Assembly (NCBI GenBank): GCA_946220865.1
Contig: CAMJYM010000007.1
Coordinates: 1,959-65,958 of the forward strand
Source of the DNA: an uncultured Clostridia bacterium
Lineage (GTDB): Bacteria > Bacillota > Clostridia > Saccharofermentanales > DTU023
Length of the DNA: 64,000 nucleotides
Reading direction: 5' to 3'
A program made the position numbers and the translations under genes. The notes under the pieces were generated by a model. It did not search any database, was not told the DNA's origin, and was given only the letters and a program-made list of their open reading frames with translations. Below are positions 21,555 through 30,486 of the stretch, in pieces. Positions within the stretch are counted from its first letter, which is position 1, and every line of letters starts with the position of its first letter.

Positions 21555-22671
21555 GCTTTTCTTCCTCCACTGCTTTGCCTCGTGCTTCCCAGCGCCTGAT
21601 CATCTTATTCAGGGTGTAATTCACAAAGCTCACATCCGATATAATCTTTGAGTACATCATGCGCCGGGGACCCACAACGGCAATCTTGCCGCAGATGTTA
21701 TCCCCAATACGGTATGAACTCGAAATAAAACTACAGTCCTCCATGCCTTTAAGGGCAATCTCCTGGCCGATACGGACCACATAGGCCGGCATCTTATCTT
21801 CTTCTGACGCCTCAGTATCCGGCATCTCCGAAAGATACCCTGCCACTACACCTTCTTTACTCATCGTATCGAGATAGCGATGGGCTTTATCCACATCGGC
21901 AAACTCGGGCTGTTTCAGAAGGCGATGCTGACCCTCAATGTAGAGGTCGATATTTTCAGCCTGCTTAATCGCAATGTAGGTTTCAAAAAGCACCTGATTC
22001 AGGAGTGAATCCGGAATAGGTTCTCGTTTTCCCGCATCGGTTACAGCAAGCAGGGTGATATCATGAAGTTTTTTGCCAACCAGAGCCTTCTCAAGGGTCT
22101 CCGCGAGGCTGCCCAACTGCTCGTTGTCCAGCAGATCCGGAATATGGATCAGCCGATCACGCACCACCCCTGCCGAAAGAACCACAATAACCAGGGCTTT
22201 GCCCGGTTCGATCATGAGAATCTTTACCTGACGCAGGCGGCTCTCGCCATAGGTCGGCGTGAGCACGAGGGAGGTGAAATTCGTTTGTTCACTGAGGCTC
22301 TTAGCCGCTCTGCCAATCAATTCGCGGATTTCAGAGAGGTCCTCCCCAATTTCCTCACGAATCTTCCTGGTTTCGGTGGGAGAAAGCTTCACAGGCTCTT
22401 CTATCTCGTCAACGTAAGCCCTGTAACCCTTATCTGAAGGCACACGGCCAGCTGACGTATGCGGCTGCTCAAGGTAGCCCATTTCTTCCAGCTCCGCCAT
22501 CTCATTGCGCACCGTCGCCGAACTCACGCCCAGAGAATGTCGCGCCAGCAAAGCCTTGGAGCCGACAGGCTCGGCCGTCTCAACATAATCATTGACGACA
22601 GCCCGGAGGATGGACTGTTTCCGCGGATCCAGATGTTTTTCAGACTTTTTCACTTCAGAACTCAAAGCCAT
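21544..22671 (-). CDS. hrcA: heat-inducible transcription repressor HrcA
   Basis: LDPRKQSILRAVVNDYVETAEPVGSKAL winged-helix N-terminus. Start placed at ATG 22671 (MALSSEV) after AAAGGAG, so that the CIRCE site lies upstream. Confidence 0.9.
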   Translation of the reverse strand: MALSSEVKKSEKHLDPRKQSILRAVVNDYVETAEPVGSKALLARHSLGVSSATVRNEMAELEEMGYLEQPHTSAGRVPSDKGYRAYVDEIEEPVKLSPTETRKIREEIGEDLSEIRELIGRAAKSLSEQTNFTSLVLTPTYGESRLRQVKILMIEPGKALVIVVLSAGVVRDRLIHIPDLLDNEQLGSLAETLEKALVGKKLHDITLLAVTDAGKREPIPDSLLNQVLFETYIAIKQAENIDLYIEGQHRLLKQPEFADVDKAHRYLDTMSKEGVVAGYLSEMPDTEASEEDKMPAYVVRIGQEIALKGMEDCSFISSSYRIGDNICGKIAVVGPRRMMYSKIISDVSFVNYTLNKMIRRWEARGKAVEEEKHES

Positions 22672-22728
22672 CGCTCCTTTCTCACTTTGCCGGTTTATGA
22701 AACAGCCCTGGCTGGGCTTCGGCATAAT

Positions 22729-22755
22729 TTAGCACTCGATGTTCTCGAGTGCCAA
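22729..22755. promoter_or_regulatory. CIRCE operator (HrcA binding site)
   Basis: TTAGCACTC-GATGTTCTC-GAGTGCCAA compared with the consensus TTAGCACTC-N9-GAGTGCTAA (one mismatch). Confidence 0.9.
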
Positions 22756-22759
22756 GTTC

Positions 22760-22788
22760 ACTTTATCATTCACTCTGTTGACTGTCAA
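22760..22788 (-). promoter_or_regulatory. sigma-70-type promoter of the hrcA-grpE-dnaK-dnaJ operon
   Basis: Minus strand has TTGACA (22788-22783), a 17-nt spacer, then TAAAGT (22765-22760). CIRCE starts a few nt downstream. Confidence 0.6.
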
Positions 22789-22964
22789 GGAAAGTCAAGG
22801 TGAAGGATTTTGAACGATTGTGAAGAAAAAGTTCATAGCTGCGCGACAAGTTGAGGCACGGCACTAAGCTAGACCGGATCCGCCGACCCGAGCGGACACC
22901 GTCGTGATCGCGAACTCGCTCGAAGGGGCTCTGCTTCGCGTCTCGCTGAAGCCGCTGAGACGGG

Positions 22965-24128
22965 TTAGACAAACTCCAGCATCACCTGGTTGGCCAAATC
23001 GAGGCCCAACTCCGAAAGGGCCAGCCCTTCAGGCGTTTTTTGCAGGAGGCCGCGCTCCTGAAGCCGGGAAAACGCACCTGCAAAGCGCAGCTGCGGCTCC
23101 TCGCCGAAGCGTTCATGATAGGCCTTAAAAGAGAGGCCTTCCGTCAGGCGAAAACGCAGCATGACATATTCTGCCTGCTCGGAGGCTCTGTCGATTTTTT
23201 CGTCTTCGATGGCAGCGGCATGTGCCTGAGTTTCCCCGGCGGCCAGCACTTTTTGCTCCCAGAGTTCAAAATCTTCTGGGTTATGTCGGCGAACGCTCGC
23301 TGTATAAGAGGCCGCGGCAGGTCCGAAGGCATAGTAAGGCAGGGCATTCCAATAGACGAGATTGTGTCGTGAGGCAAAACCCGGACGGGCGGCATTGGAG
23401 ATTTCGTAGGGAAAAAGCCCGCTTTGGCTCAGGCGGCGGCGCAGGCTGTGATACATGGCGCGTTCTTCGTCTTCGCCAGGCAGTTCAGAGGAATCGCGGG
23501 CCATTTCTGCGGCCAGGGGGGTACCTTCTTCAAGCTGCAGGGAATAGAAACTCAGGTGCTCGAGCTGAAACTGCAGCAGCCATTCGACTTCTTCGGCGAA
23601 GGATTCCAGGCTCTGACCGGGCAGAGCGAAGATCAGGTCCGAAGAAATGTTGTCGAAGCCGGCTTCACGCGCCGCACGAAGGGACTCAGCGAAGTCTTCA
23701 CGGGTATGAATGCGGCCCAATCGCTGTAAAAGGCGATTGTCTGCGGATTGCAGGCCGAGGCTGAGACGGTTAAAACCCATCTGTCGCAGGGCGGGGAGTC
23801 TGACGGGAAGGTTTTTGGCGGGATTGGCTTCCAGAGTGATTTCCGCTTCCGCGTCAAAAGAGAAACTGCGGCGCAGCGTGTCCATGATTTCTTCGAGGGC
23901 AGAGAGCGGCAGAAAACTTGGCGTACCCCCGCCAAAATAGCAGCTCTTCAGGGGAGCTGTCGTGCCATTTTGTTGCACAGTAGCTGCTGCTTCGGCGCGA
24001 ATTTCCAGGCAGACGGCCTGGGTGTAACGCTGGAAGGCCTCTGCCCTGGGCCGCAGGCTGTAAAAATCGCAGTAACTGCAGCGGGAAGCGCAGAAAGGCA
24101 CATGGATATAAGCGGCCGTCGGAATCAT
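22965..24128 (-). CDS. hemW: radical SAM heme chaperone HemW (HemN-like)
   Basis: CASRCSYCDF radical-SAM cluster motif and a HemN C-terminal domain. It occupies the usual position upstream of hrcA. Confidence 0.9.
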   Translation of the reverse strand: MIPTAAYIHVPFCASRCSYCDFYSLRPRAEAFQRYTQAVCLEIRAEAAATVQQNGTTAPLKSCYFGGGTPSFLPLSALEEIMDTLRRSFSFDAEAEITLEANPAKNLPVRLPALRQMGFNRLSLGLQSADNRLLQRLGRIHTREDFAESLRAAREAGFDNISSDLIFALPGQSLESFAEEVEWLLQFQLEHLSFYSLQLEEGTPLAAEMARDSSELPGEDEERAMYHSLRRRLSQSGLFPYEISNAARPGFASRHNLVYWNALPYYAFGPAAASYTASVRRHNPEDFELWEQKVLAAGETQAHAAAIEDEKIDRASEQAEYVMLRFRLTEGLSFKAYHERFGEEPQLRFAGAFSRLQERGLLQKTPEGLALSELGLDLANQVMLEFV

Positions 24129-24952
24129 ACTTCGTCCTGCTTCGAAGTCTGTTTTGCAGCGCGTCCTGACCTGTCGTTCTCGGCGGCAAGGCGAACGATA
24201 CTGCGAAAACGATCCAGAAAGTTCTTAAGACTGGGCGATTGATTGCGCTCAGGATCAAGCCAGGGAGCGATGGATTCTGCCCATTTGGCTTTGAATATGC
24301 CCACGGCAGGATAGCCGAGATGGGCAAGTTCCCGCCCTTTCTCCCGACCTTCAATAATTTGTGCTAAAAGCTCCCAGGTCCCGCAGACGCTGTCCTGAGA
24401 GTAGGTTTTCAAGAGGCTTGTATCCGCTTCTGGAAAGGCCTGACGAATGGCAAGAGGATCGCCCAGCAGCCAGGCCTCCATCTCTTCGACGGATATGCCG
24501 ATCACAAAGAAATTCTCCGGTGCACAGTGACGAATAAGCGCCTCGATCTTCTGGTAGAGACGATCTTTATCATCATCGTCTGAATCCAGAACCACGCAGA
24601 CGATCAGCGCTTCGTCCCGATCGAGATGCGAATAAGCTCTGAGCTTTGCCGGGAGAAGATTGAGCAGGCCGCTGCGGCTATACTCCGGTTTTTCAAAAAG
24701 GTTCGCAGGAATATAACCCTTGCCGCGATGGGGATGAATGTCGAGAACAATCCCATTGCAGGAAAGCTGATGCTCGCTCTTTTCCGGGACACCCGGCCAT
24801 AAAGCGAAGCCCTTCGCTCCGGCAGTTGATTCTGCTCCAGCTCGGACGGCTGCGGGAAAAAGAGCTTCGTGGCCGAAGAAAAGAATATCCCCCAGTATTT
24901 TTTTCAGAACCCTGACTGAAGACTTATCTTCACAAAGAACTTCTATGCGCAT
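24125..24952 (-). CDS. DUF4276-family (Toprim-like) protein, partner of the upstream ATPase
   Basis: Start set at ATG 24952 (MRIEVLCEDKSS). The track ORF extends to a TTG at 25081 inside the ATPase gene. The protein has an acidic first strand IEVLCED, VVLDSDDDD, and EEMEAWLLGD containing the EAW motif I recall as the DUF4276 hallmark. The junction to the ATPase gene is TGAGATG, and the stop overlaps the hemW start as ATGA. Confidence 0.6.
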   Translation of the reverse strand: MRIEVLCEDKSSVRVLKKILGDILFFGHEALFPAAVRAGAESTAGAKGFALWPGVPEKSEHQLSCNGIVLDIHPHRGKGYIPANLFEKPEYSRSGLLNLLPAKLRAYSHLDRDEALIVCVVLDSDDDDKDRLYQKIEALIRHCAPENFFVIGISVEEMEAWLLGDPLAIRQAFPEADTSLLKTYSQDSVCGTWELLAQIIEGREKGRELAHLGYPAVGIFKAKWAESIAPWLDPERNQSPSLKNFLDRFRSIVRLAAENDRSGRAAKQTSKQDEV

Positions 24953-24953
24953 C

Positions 24954-26192
24954 TCAGTTGACACCCAGATGGCCGCCGTACCAAAGCATCCCCATGTTGA
25001 TGCCTTCTTTATACATCTGACGGACAATCTCATCCTGCGCCAGGGAGCGCACTTGAATCTGTCCATCGCTCTTGCGCTCAAAGGCCCAGACCTCTTCCGG
25101 ACTCAAAGCCTCGAGCACCGAACTGTTGTGAGTGGTGAGAAAAATCTGCGCCCCCTTTTGCTCCAGAACATAGTGGCGCATGGCCTGCATCAGAGCTTCA
25201 ACCATATCGTGATAAAGGCCGTTATCAGGCTCGTCGATACAGATCAGAGCACGCGGATCTTCGAGCAAAAGCAACATGGCAAAAAGTCTCAGATTCCCTG
25301 AGGAAATACCCTGATCCAGAAACGCATCACCGACTTTCTTGTAGTCAGGAACCTGGTCCAGAATACGCGAGAGCAACTTTTCGTAGGCTTTAGGATCTTC
25401 CTTCTCCCGATAATTCAAGACATTACGCAAATTATCCATGCGCTCGTTGAGATGTTTATGCCCGCCCTTTTCTTTCGCTAAAAGGCCATTATCTGGCATC
25501 TCCGCCGGGTGGCAGACAAAGCTGCTCGTAAGCTGCAGATAAAGCCAGCAGAGATCCTTGTACTGGAGCATGCGTCCATAGAGCGAGAGGGCTGGAACCT
25601 TTTCGTCCAAAAGCTGTACTTCGTCATCGCCAAAGCGTTCTGAACTCACATGGCCTTTTCCCTCACAGACAGAAAGGAGTTCTTTTTCTCCCTCAGAGCT
25701 GAGCTGGCGCACCGTTTCTTCATAAATAAAGGGGCGGCTGTGTTTATCTCTGTTCATGCTGATATGGTAGTGAAGATACTGCTCCGGACGTCGTTCATAA
25801 ATGAAGTCAAAGACCATATCTTTTTTCTCAGAAGGCCCTTCGACTGCAGTTCTGCTATCTTCCGGAAATGCGCGCGGGATTCGGCTTTCCAAACTCCAGC
25901 TTTCCCCCTCCTGAAATGGCAGCTGGCGCGTGTGAAGGCGGGCAAAACCTCCGCGCTGGCCGCTGCTGGAGGCATGGGGGAGACCAAAGAGCAAGGCATC
26001 GCGGATAAAACTGATGCTGCCAAGGAAAGCGCTTTTACCCGTCCCATTTCGGCCGATAAAACAACTGAGGGCGCTTAGACCTCCTGTCATTTTTTCTTTT
26101 CTCTGTAAAGCCGCCTGAATTTCTTCGGACGTTGGTCCGATCGTCACATCTTTGAGAATACCGAACTGCTCAATATGAATCGAACGAAGCAT
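24954..26192 (-). CDS. ABC/SMC-like AAA ATPase (AAA_15/AAA_21 type)
   Basis: Walker A GRNGTGKS, signature-like SSGNLRLF, Walker B LICIDEPDNGLY and H-loop TTHN. About 270 aa are inserted between Walker A and the signature, as in OLD/AriA/PtuA-type ATPases. Confidence 0.75.
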   Translation of the reverse strand: MLRSIHIEQFGILKDVTIGPTSEEIQAALQRKEKMTGGLSALSCFIGRNGTGKSAFLGSISFIRDALLFGLPHASSSGQRGGFARLHTRQLPFQEGESWSLESRIPRAFPEDSRTAVEGPSEKKDMVFDFIYERRPEQYLHYHISMNRDKHSRPFIYEETVRQLSSEGEKELLSVCEGKGHVSSERFGDDEVQLLDEKVPALSLYGRMLQYKDLCWLYLQLTSSFVCHPAEMPDNGLLAKEKGGHKHLNERMDNLRNVLNYREKEDPKAYEKLLSRILDQVPDYKKVGDAFLDQGISSGNLRLFAMLLLLEDPRALICIDEPDNGLYHDMVEALMQAMRHYVLEQKGAQIFLTTHNSSVLEALSPEEVWAFERKSDGQIQVRSLAQDEIVRQMYKEGINMGMLWYGGHLGVN

Positions 26193-26203
26193 AGTTTTCC
26201 TCT

Positions 26204-26233
26204 CAGCAAAAGGGCTGCGACATGGCGCAGCCC
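26204..26233 (-). terminator. rho-independent terminator after the SPFH gene
   Basis: Perfect 8-bp stem GGGCTGCG / CGCAGCCC (26212-26219 and 26226-26233) followed on the minus strand by TTTTGCTG. It sits 12-40 nt upstream of the ATPase start. Confidence 0.6.
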
Positions 26234-26239
26234 TGGAAT

Positions 26240-27325
26240 TTAAATCTTGGAGAAAGCAGAAGGCTCAAAGTGATGCCCTGACAGGGGGTCGTCAGCCGAC
26301 TGCGTGAGTTTGCGCTCTTCTTCTTCGGGTCTCCATTTTTCTTCTATGGGGGACACCGCCTCCGTTTTTTCTGCGACCTGATCGGGAGAAAAATGAGGAT
26401 CTGTAATCATTTCCTTAATAGAGACGGCAGCTGAAGCAATGCCTTGCATGTTTGAAGGAATAATAATCTTGGTCGCACGGCCGTCAGCAACCTTGGTCAG
26501 GGCTTCAAGCCCTTTCAGGGCGATAAGGCTCTTATCCGCACGTACGTCCTTAACCATGGCGAGACCCTTGGCCGTAGCTTCCTGCACCTTGAGGATGGCC
26601 TGAGCCTGACCTTCGGCCACTCGAATGGCCTGTTCCTTTTTGGCTTCGGCGCGCAGAATAGCCGCCTCTTTTTCACCTTCAGCCACACGGATGGCTGCTT
26701 CCTTCTGCCCCTCAGCGCGCAGAATATTTTCGCGTTTTTCACGCTCCGCTTTCATCTGCCGCTCCATGGCGGTCTGAATTTCTTTCGGCGGAATGATGTT
26801 TTTCAGTTCGACTCGATTGACTTTAATGCCCCAGGGATCTGTGGCAATATCCAGGGTTTCCCGCATTCTCGTGTTGATGACATCGCGGGAAGTCAGCGTT
26901 TCGTCGAGTTCAAGGTCGCCGATGATGTTACGCAGGGTTGTTGCCGAAAGATTTTCGATAGCCGAAATAGGATTCTCAATGCCGTAGGTGTAGAGCTTAG
27001 GATCGACAATCTGGTAAAACACTACGGTGTCGATCTGCATGGTGACATTATCCTTGGTGATCACAGCCTGCGGCTCAAAATCCGCCACTTTTTCTTTCAG
27101 CGAGATGTTTTTGATCACTTTATCAATAAACGGCACCTTCATATGGAGGCCGGTGTCCCAGGTGGCTTTGTAGGTTCCCAGCCGCTCAATGATGAAATTG
27201 TGGGCCTGAGGCACAACACGAATATTGCGGATGAGGATAATCAGAAGCACGAGGGCGAGAAAAATAAGGGCGATAAGAGAACCGATGCGATTCTCAGGAA
27301 AACCGTTTTGAATGCTAAGAAACAT
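26240..27325 (-). CDS. SPFH/Band 7 (stomatin/flotillin-like) membrane protein
   Basis: N-terminal TM followed by a PHB/SPFH core (VPQAHNFIIERLGTYKATWDTGLH) and an Ala/Glu-rich repeat region AEREKRENILRAEGQKEAAIRVAEG. Confidence 0.9.
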   Translation of the reverse strand: MFLSIQNGFPENRIGSLIALIFLALVLLIILIRNIRVVPQAHNFIIERLGTYKATWDTGLHMKVPFIDKVIKNISLKEKVADFEPQAVITKDNVTMQIDTVVFYQIVDPKLYTYGIENPISAIENLSATTLRNIIGDLELDETLTSRDVINTRMRETLDIATDPWGIKVNRVELKNIIPPKEIQTAMERQMKAEREKRENILRAEGQKEAAIRVAEGEKEAAILRAEAKKEQAIRVAEGQAQAILKVQEATAKGLAMVKDVRADKSLIALKGLEALTKVADGRATKIIIPSNMQGIASAAVSIKEMITDPHFSPDQVAEKTEAVSPIEEKWRPEEEERKLTQSADDPLSGHHFEPSAFSKI

Positions 27326-27476
27326 AATGATTCCTTTCTATAAAGCAGCGGCGGCCTGGCGCTTTTGCTTTCGTGTAAGGACACGTCTTAAATATTGTGC
27401 CAGAACAGAACAATTTTTGCTTAAAAATTTCGTCAGTTCGATGTTAATTCTTTGTCAAAAACCAAGGCTCACGGAT

Positions 27477-27929
27477 TTAAGAAGCTGGCGCAGGGTCTGT
27501 GGGTCGAACCACTGCTTTAACACCATGGATGGCCAACACTCTGACCGTTGCGCCTTCCGGAATGCTGCTCTGCCCATCCTCCGCAATGGCCGACCATATC
27601 TGTCCCAGAACTTCGATCTGCCCGGCCTTTTTGAGTGGCAGTATTTCTTTGATGACGCGGCCCTCTTCTCCGATAATGCGATCGGCATTAGTGGATACCG
27701 GGCGTTTGCTCAAGGGGGCCATTCGCGGTTTGAAAACGAGGATAAACAGCAGCAGACAGACGACCGAGACAAGGAAAAAGATCAGCAACTGCAACCAGAG
27801 TTCCACGTCCAGGAAATTGGCTATCAGAGAGGCCAGCGCGCCAGCCGCAAACCAGATGGTTGTCATGTTGACGGTCGCTGCTTCAGCAATCAGAAAAAGT
27901 ATGATAAGGACCAACCAGATTATCCACAT
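27477..27929 (-). CDS. NfeD-family membrane protein (short form)
   Basis: Start at ATG 27929 (MWIIWLVLIILF), sharing one base with the upstream stop (TAATG). Two to three TM helices precede an OB-fold-like C-terminus (GEEGRVIKEILPLKKAGQIEVLGQIWSA). Confidence 0.8.
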   Translation of the reverse strand: MWIIWLVLIILFLIAEAATVNMTTIWFAAGALASLIANFLDVELWLQLLIFFLVSVVCLLLFILVFKPRMAPLSKRPVSTNADRIIGEEGRVIKEILPLKKAGQIEVLGQIWSAIAEDGQSSIPEGATVRVLAIHGVKAVVRPTDPAPAS

Positions 27930-29326
27930 TATGAAAGCTCCTTTGCTCCTTTGGCCACGGTTCCCGGCGGAACATTGCGGCAAAGCTGATCGAGAATAAA
28001 AGTGAGATTATTGATGCGAATTTCCAGGCGATCCGCCTCGCTCAGATAATCGTCCTGGCTGCTCTCCGCTGCCAAACTCTGACGCTCTTCGCTGAGCGGA
28101 CTTGTTTCTTCTGAACGACCGAAGCGGTCGCGATTCTTCTGCTGCTTTTCAGAGACGAAATAGTTGAGAAGGCGGTCGCTGCTGTCAAAACCGCTGCCGG
28201 CAATCATACCATTCACAGAGGCAAAAAAGGGATCATTGCTCTCTTTAACCGGGCTGTCACATTGCTCAATATCATAGTCGCCAGAGTCAAAAAAGACGAT
28301 GGGTATCCCCAGCTGATCGAAGGGACTGTAATCACTTTTCTTTTCTGTCCACTCGCGGTAAATGCACTTTCCCACGCCTGCCAATTCCTTTTCGCAGCCC
28401 GCCTGATTGGTATAGAGGGCAAAGCCGTTGCGGGTCAGCAGCAGGTTATCGTAGTAGACATCGGTACACTCGTAGAGTTTGCGGCGCAAAGCGTATTTTT
28501 TCTTTTCTCCGCTCTCTACAGAATTTTGACCTGCATGAGCATACACCTTGTCCCCTGCATAAATGGAATCTAAAACGACAAGCGCATCAATTTTTTCACG
28601 CTCAGCAGGACTCAGCTGATCGGCTGCAAACTTTGCCCCAGCAAAATCAGCATGTCCCGCGCCAAAAAAGACGATGGTCACATCGTAGGCGGCCGGCTTC
28701 ACCGCCAGAAGCCGGGCGGTCTGCAAAAGGACGCCGAGGGCTGCAGCGTTATCGTCGATGCCATCACTTTGAGCCAATTTAGGCAGGTTAGGATCACTGG
28801 CCACAGGATTTCCCTCTTCATCGACCTCCGCCGTCTGAGCTTCCTGATCTTTTTCTTCCGCCTGCGCACGGCTGTAAAGGGTGTCATAGTGTGCGCCGAG
28901 AATAAGTCGCCGCCCTTCCAGATCAGCAGGATGCTGCATTTCGGCGCTTTGAGCCATAAGCTCGTCATTCTGCGACTCTACAGGCTTAAAACCTTTTCCT
29001 TTAATCGTAGCCAGAACATTCTGTGAGCTTTTCCCGCCCACTTGAAAGCTCTGCATCTCGACCTGCAGACCCAGGTGTTCAAGTTCCGCTTTAAGCCACT
29101 CGGCCAGAGCCTTTTCTTCAGGGGACCCAGGGGCGCGGAAAGGAAAGTTCTGTACGATGTCCAGACTGCTCTTGCGTCCTCCGCCACCATAACGGGCCAC
29201 CGTAAGTGGAGCTCTTTCGCCCCTCTGAAGGACAGAGCAGGAAGATAGAGCAAAACTCTGGGTAAGCAGGCAAAAGCCAAGCAGCAGAAGGCTGAAAAAT
29301 CTTTTCGGGCACGACGTGGTTTTCAT
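27929..29326 (-). CDS. M28-family peptidase-like lipoprotein
   Basis: Signal peptide and lipobox (ALSSC), then LILGAHYDT and GIDDNAAALGVLLQTARLL as in M28 aminopeptidases. The usual EE catalytic/ligand pair appears replaced (FFGAGHADFAGA). Confidence 0.65.
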   Translation of the reverse strand: MKTTSCPKRFFSLLLLGFCLLTQSFALSSCSVLQRGERAPLTVARYGGGGRKSSLDIVQNFPFRAPGSPEEKALAEWLKAELEHLGLQVEMQSFQVGGKSSQNVLATIKGKGFKPVESQNDELMAQSAEMQHPADLEGRRLILGAHYDTLYSRAQAEEKDQEAQTAEVDEEGNPVASDPNLPKLAQSDGIDDNAAALGVLLQTARLLAVKPAAYDVTIVFFGAGHADFAGAKFAADQLSPAEREKIDALVVLDSIYAGDKVYAHAGQNSVESGEKKKYALRRKLYECTDVYYDNLLLTRNGFALYTNQAGCEKELAGVGKCIYREWTEKKSDYSPFDQLGIPIVFFDSGDYDIEQCDSPVKESNDPFFASVNGMIAGSGFDSSDRLLNYFVSEKQQKNRDRFGRSEETSPLSEERQSLAAESSQDDYLSEADRLEIRINNLTFILDQLCRNVPPGTVAKGAKELS

Positions 29327-29329
29327 GTC

Positions 29330-29875
29330 TTAAATTTTATCCTTTCCCCCTCCGAAAGAAAAGTGCGCCGACAAGGGCTCACTGAGCTGGAGAGGCTCGC
29401 CCTTCTCTTTAAGAATTTCCGCCTTCAGGCGCAGAAGATCCATTGGAAAAGCCAGAGCCGCCGCAAGTTGCTCCAGGCTGTAACCCTGCTGTGCATAATC
29501 CAGAAAACTTTCATCTGAAATCAGCAGCTCAGCAGCAAAGAGATTCGCCTCAAGCTCCGGGCGACTGCTCATATCTAAAAACATGTGGTCGCGGATGAGA
29601 ATCTGTTTTTCGGCGAGTTCACGGTGCAGCTGATCATGACCCAGCTCATGGGCCAGGATCAGTTTTTTTTCCTCTTCGCTGAGGCTGTCCTTGTAGAAAA
29701 TACAAGGACGTCCTTCCACCACGGCATACATCCCCTTCAGCTGTTGGAAATTTGAGCGTGGATAGAGCGCGATGCCCAAATTTTTGCAAAGTTGCTCCAC
29801 ATCGCGTGTTCCCCAGAAAGCAAGAAGCTTCCGGACAGCTGCTTCCGCCCTTTGAATTGCTCTCCGCTGAGCCAT
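29330..29875 (-). CDS. ImmA/IrrE-family metallopeptidase
   Basis: 181 aa with the HEXXH motif HELGHDQLH. It lies immediately downstream of an XRE repressor gene. Confidence 0.8.
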   Translation of the reverse strand: MAQRRAIQRAEAAVRKLLAFWGTRDVEQLCKNLGIALYPRSNFQQLKGMYAVVEGRPCIFYKDSLSEEEKKLILAHELGHDQLHRELAEKQILIRDHMFLDMSSRPELEANLFAAELLISDESFLDYAQQGYSLEQLAAALAFPMDLLRLKAEILKEKGEPLQLSEPLSAHFSFGGGKDKI

Positions 29876-29896
29876 AAAAAGAACTTCCCGCCCAGA

Positions 29897-30271
29897 CTAA
29901 TACTTTTTTTCGCGCGAATTGCGCCGTCCGTCCCAGTAAGCCTGCTGTATCGCTTCCATGGCCGCATCGCGGTCTTCTTCGCTCAGGCGTCCGCCTGCAA
30001 ACATGGCTGAAAGCTCTTTGACCAGACGATCAGCGTCACGCGCATCCTGCGTCTCATGGCCTGCAGCAGATTCCTCTCCGTTCGAGAGCAGATAATCTGC
30101 AGAGACATGGAGAAGTTCTGCCAGCCGCGCCACAACCGAAGCCTGGCGGGGATAGCAGCGCCCTGTTTCATAATTGATCAGACTGCGCGTTGATACACCA
30201 AGTTGCGCGGCCAGCTCTTTCTGCGTGAGATTATTACGAATACGAAGATCTCTGACTTTTGAACCGAACAC
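29897..30271 (-). CDS. XRE-family HTH transcriptional regulator
   Basis: LRIRNNLTQKELAAQLGVSTRSLINYETG is a Cro/C1-type HTH. GTG start follows GGGAGA. Confidence 0.85.
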   Translation of the reverse strand: MFGSKVRDLRIRNNLTQKELAAQLGVSTRSLINYETGRCYPRQASVVARLAELLHVSADYLLSNGEESAAGHETQDARDADRLVKELSAMFAGGRLSEEDRDAAMEAIQQAYWDGRRNSREKKY

Positions 30272-30318
30272 CTTTTTTCTCCCGTCATCAAAGCCTTAAG
30301 CAAGGCATTAAGCAATAA

Positions 30319-30380
30319 GTTTCAGTTGACAATGAAACTATTTGCACCTATGCTGTGCAACAGAGGTGAAAGTACTTTCA
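30319..30380 (+). promoter_or_regulatory. dinB promoter with two palindromic operator candidates
   Basis: GTTTCA-GTTGACAA-TGAAAC (30319-30338) embeds a TTGACA -35 box (30326-30331). TATGCT follows 17 nt downstream (30349-30354). The perfect 14-bp palindrome TGAAAGTACTTTCA sits at 30367-30380. Confidence 0.5.
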
Positions 30381-30486
30381 TTTGTGAGCACAGTATATCC
30401 CGCCCAACACAGTGGGGTCAAGGGAAAAAGATTTTATCTGAAATGATTTTAAAGACTTGATTTGAGCTGATTTTGAGGAGGCCTCT

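Noticed and set aside
24953-25081. A 129-nt overlap between the ATPase gene and the DUF4276-like ORF as drawn in the track.
   Set aside because: The track ORF starts at an upstream TTG inside the ATPase gene. The ATG at 24952, one base after the ATPase stop, gives the typical short conserved N-terminus and a standard coupled junction.
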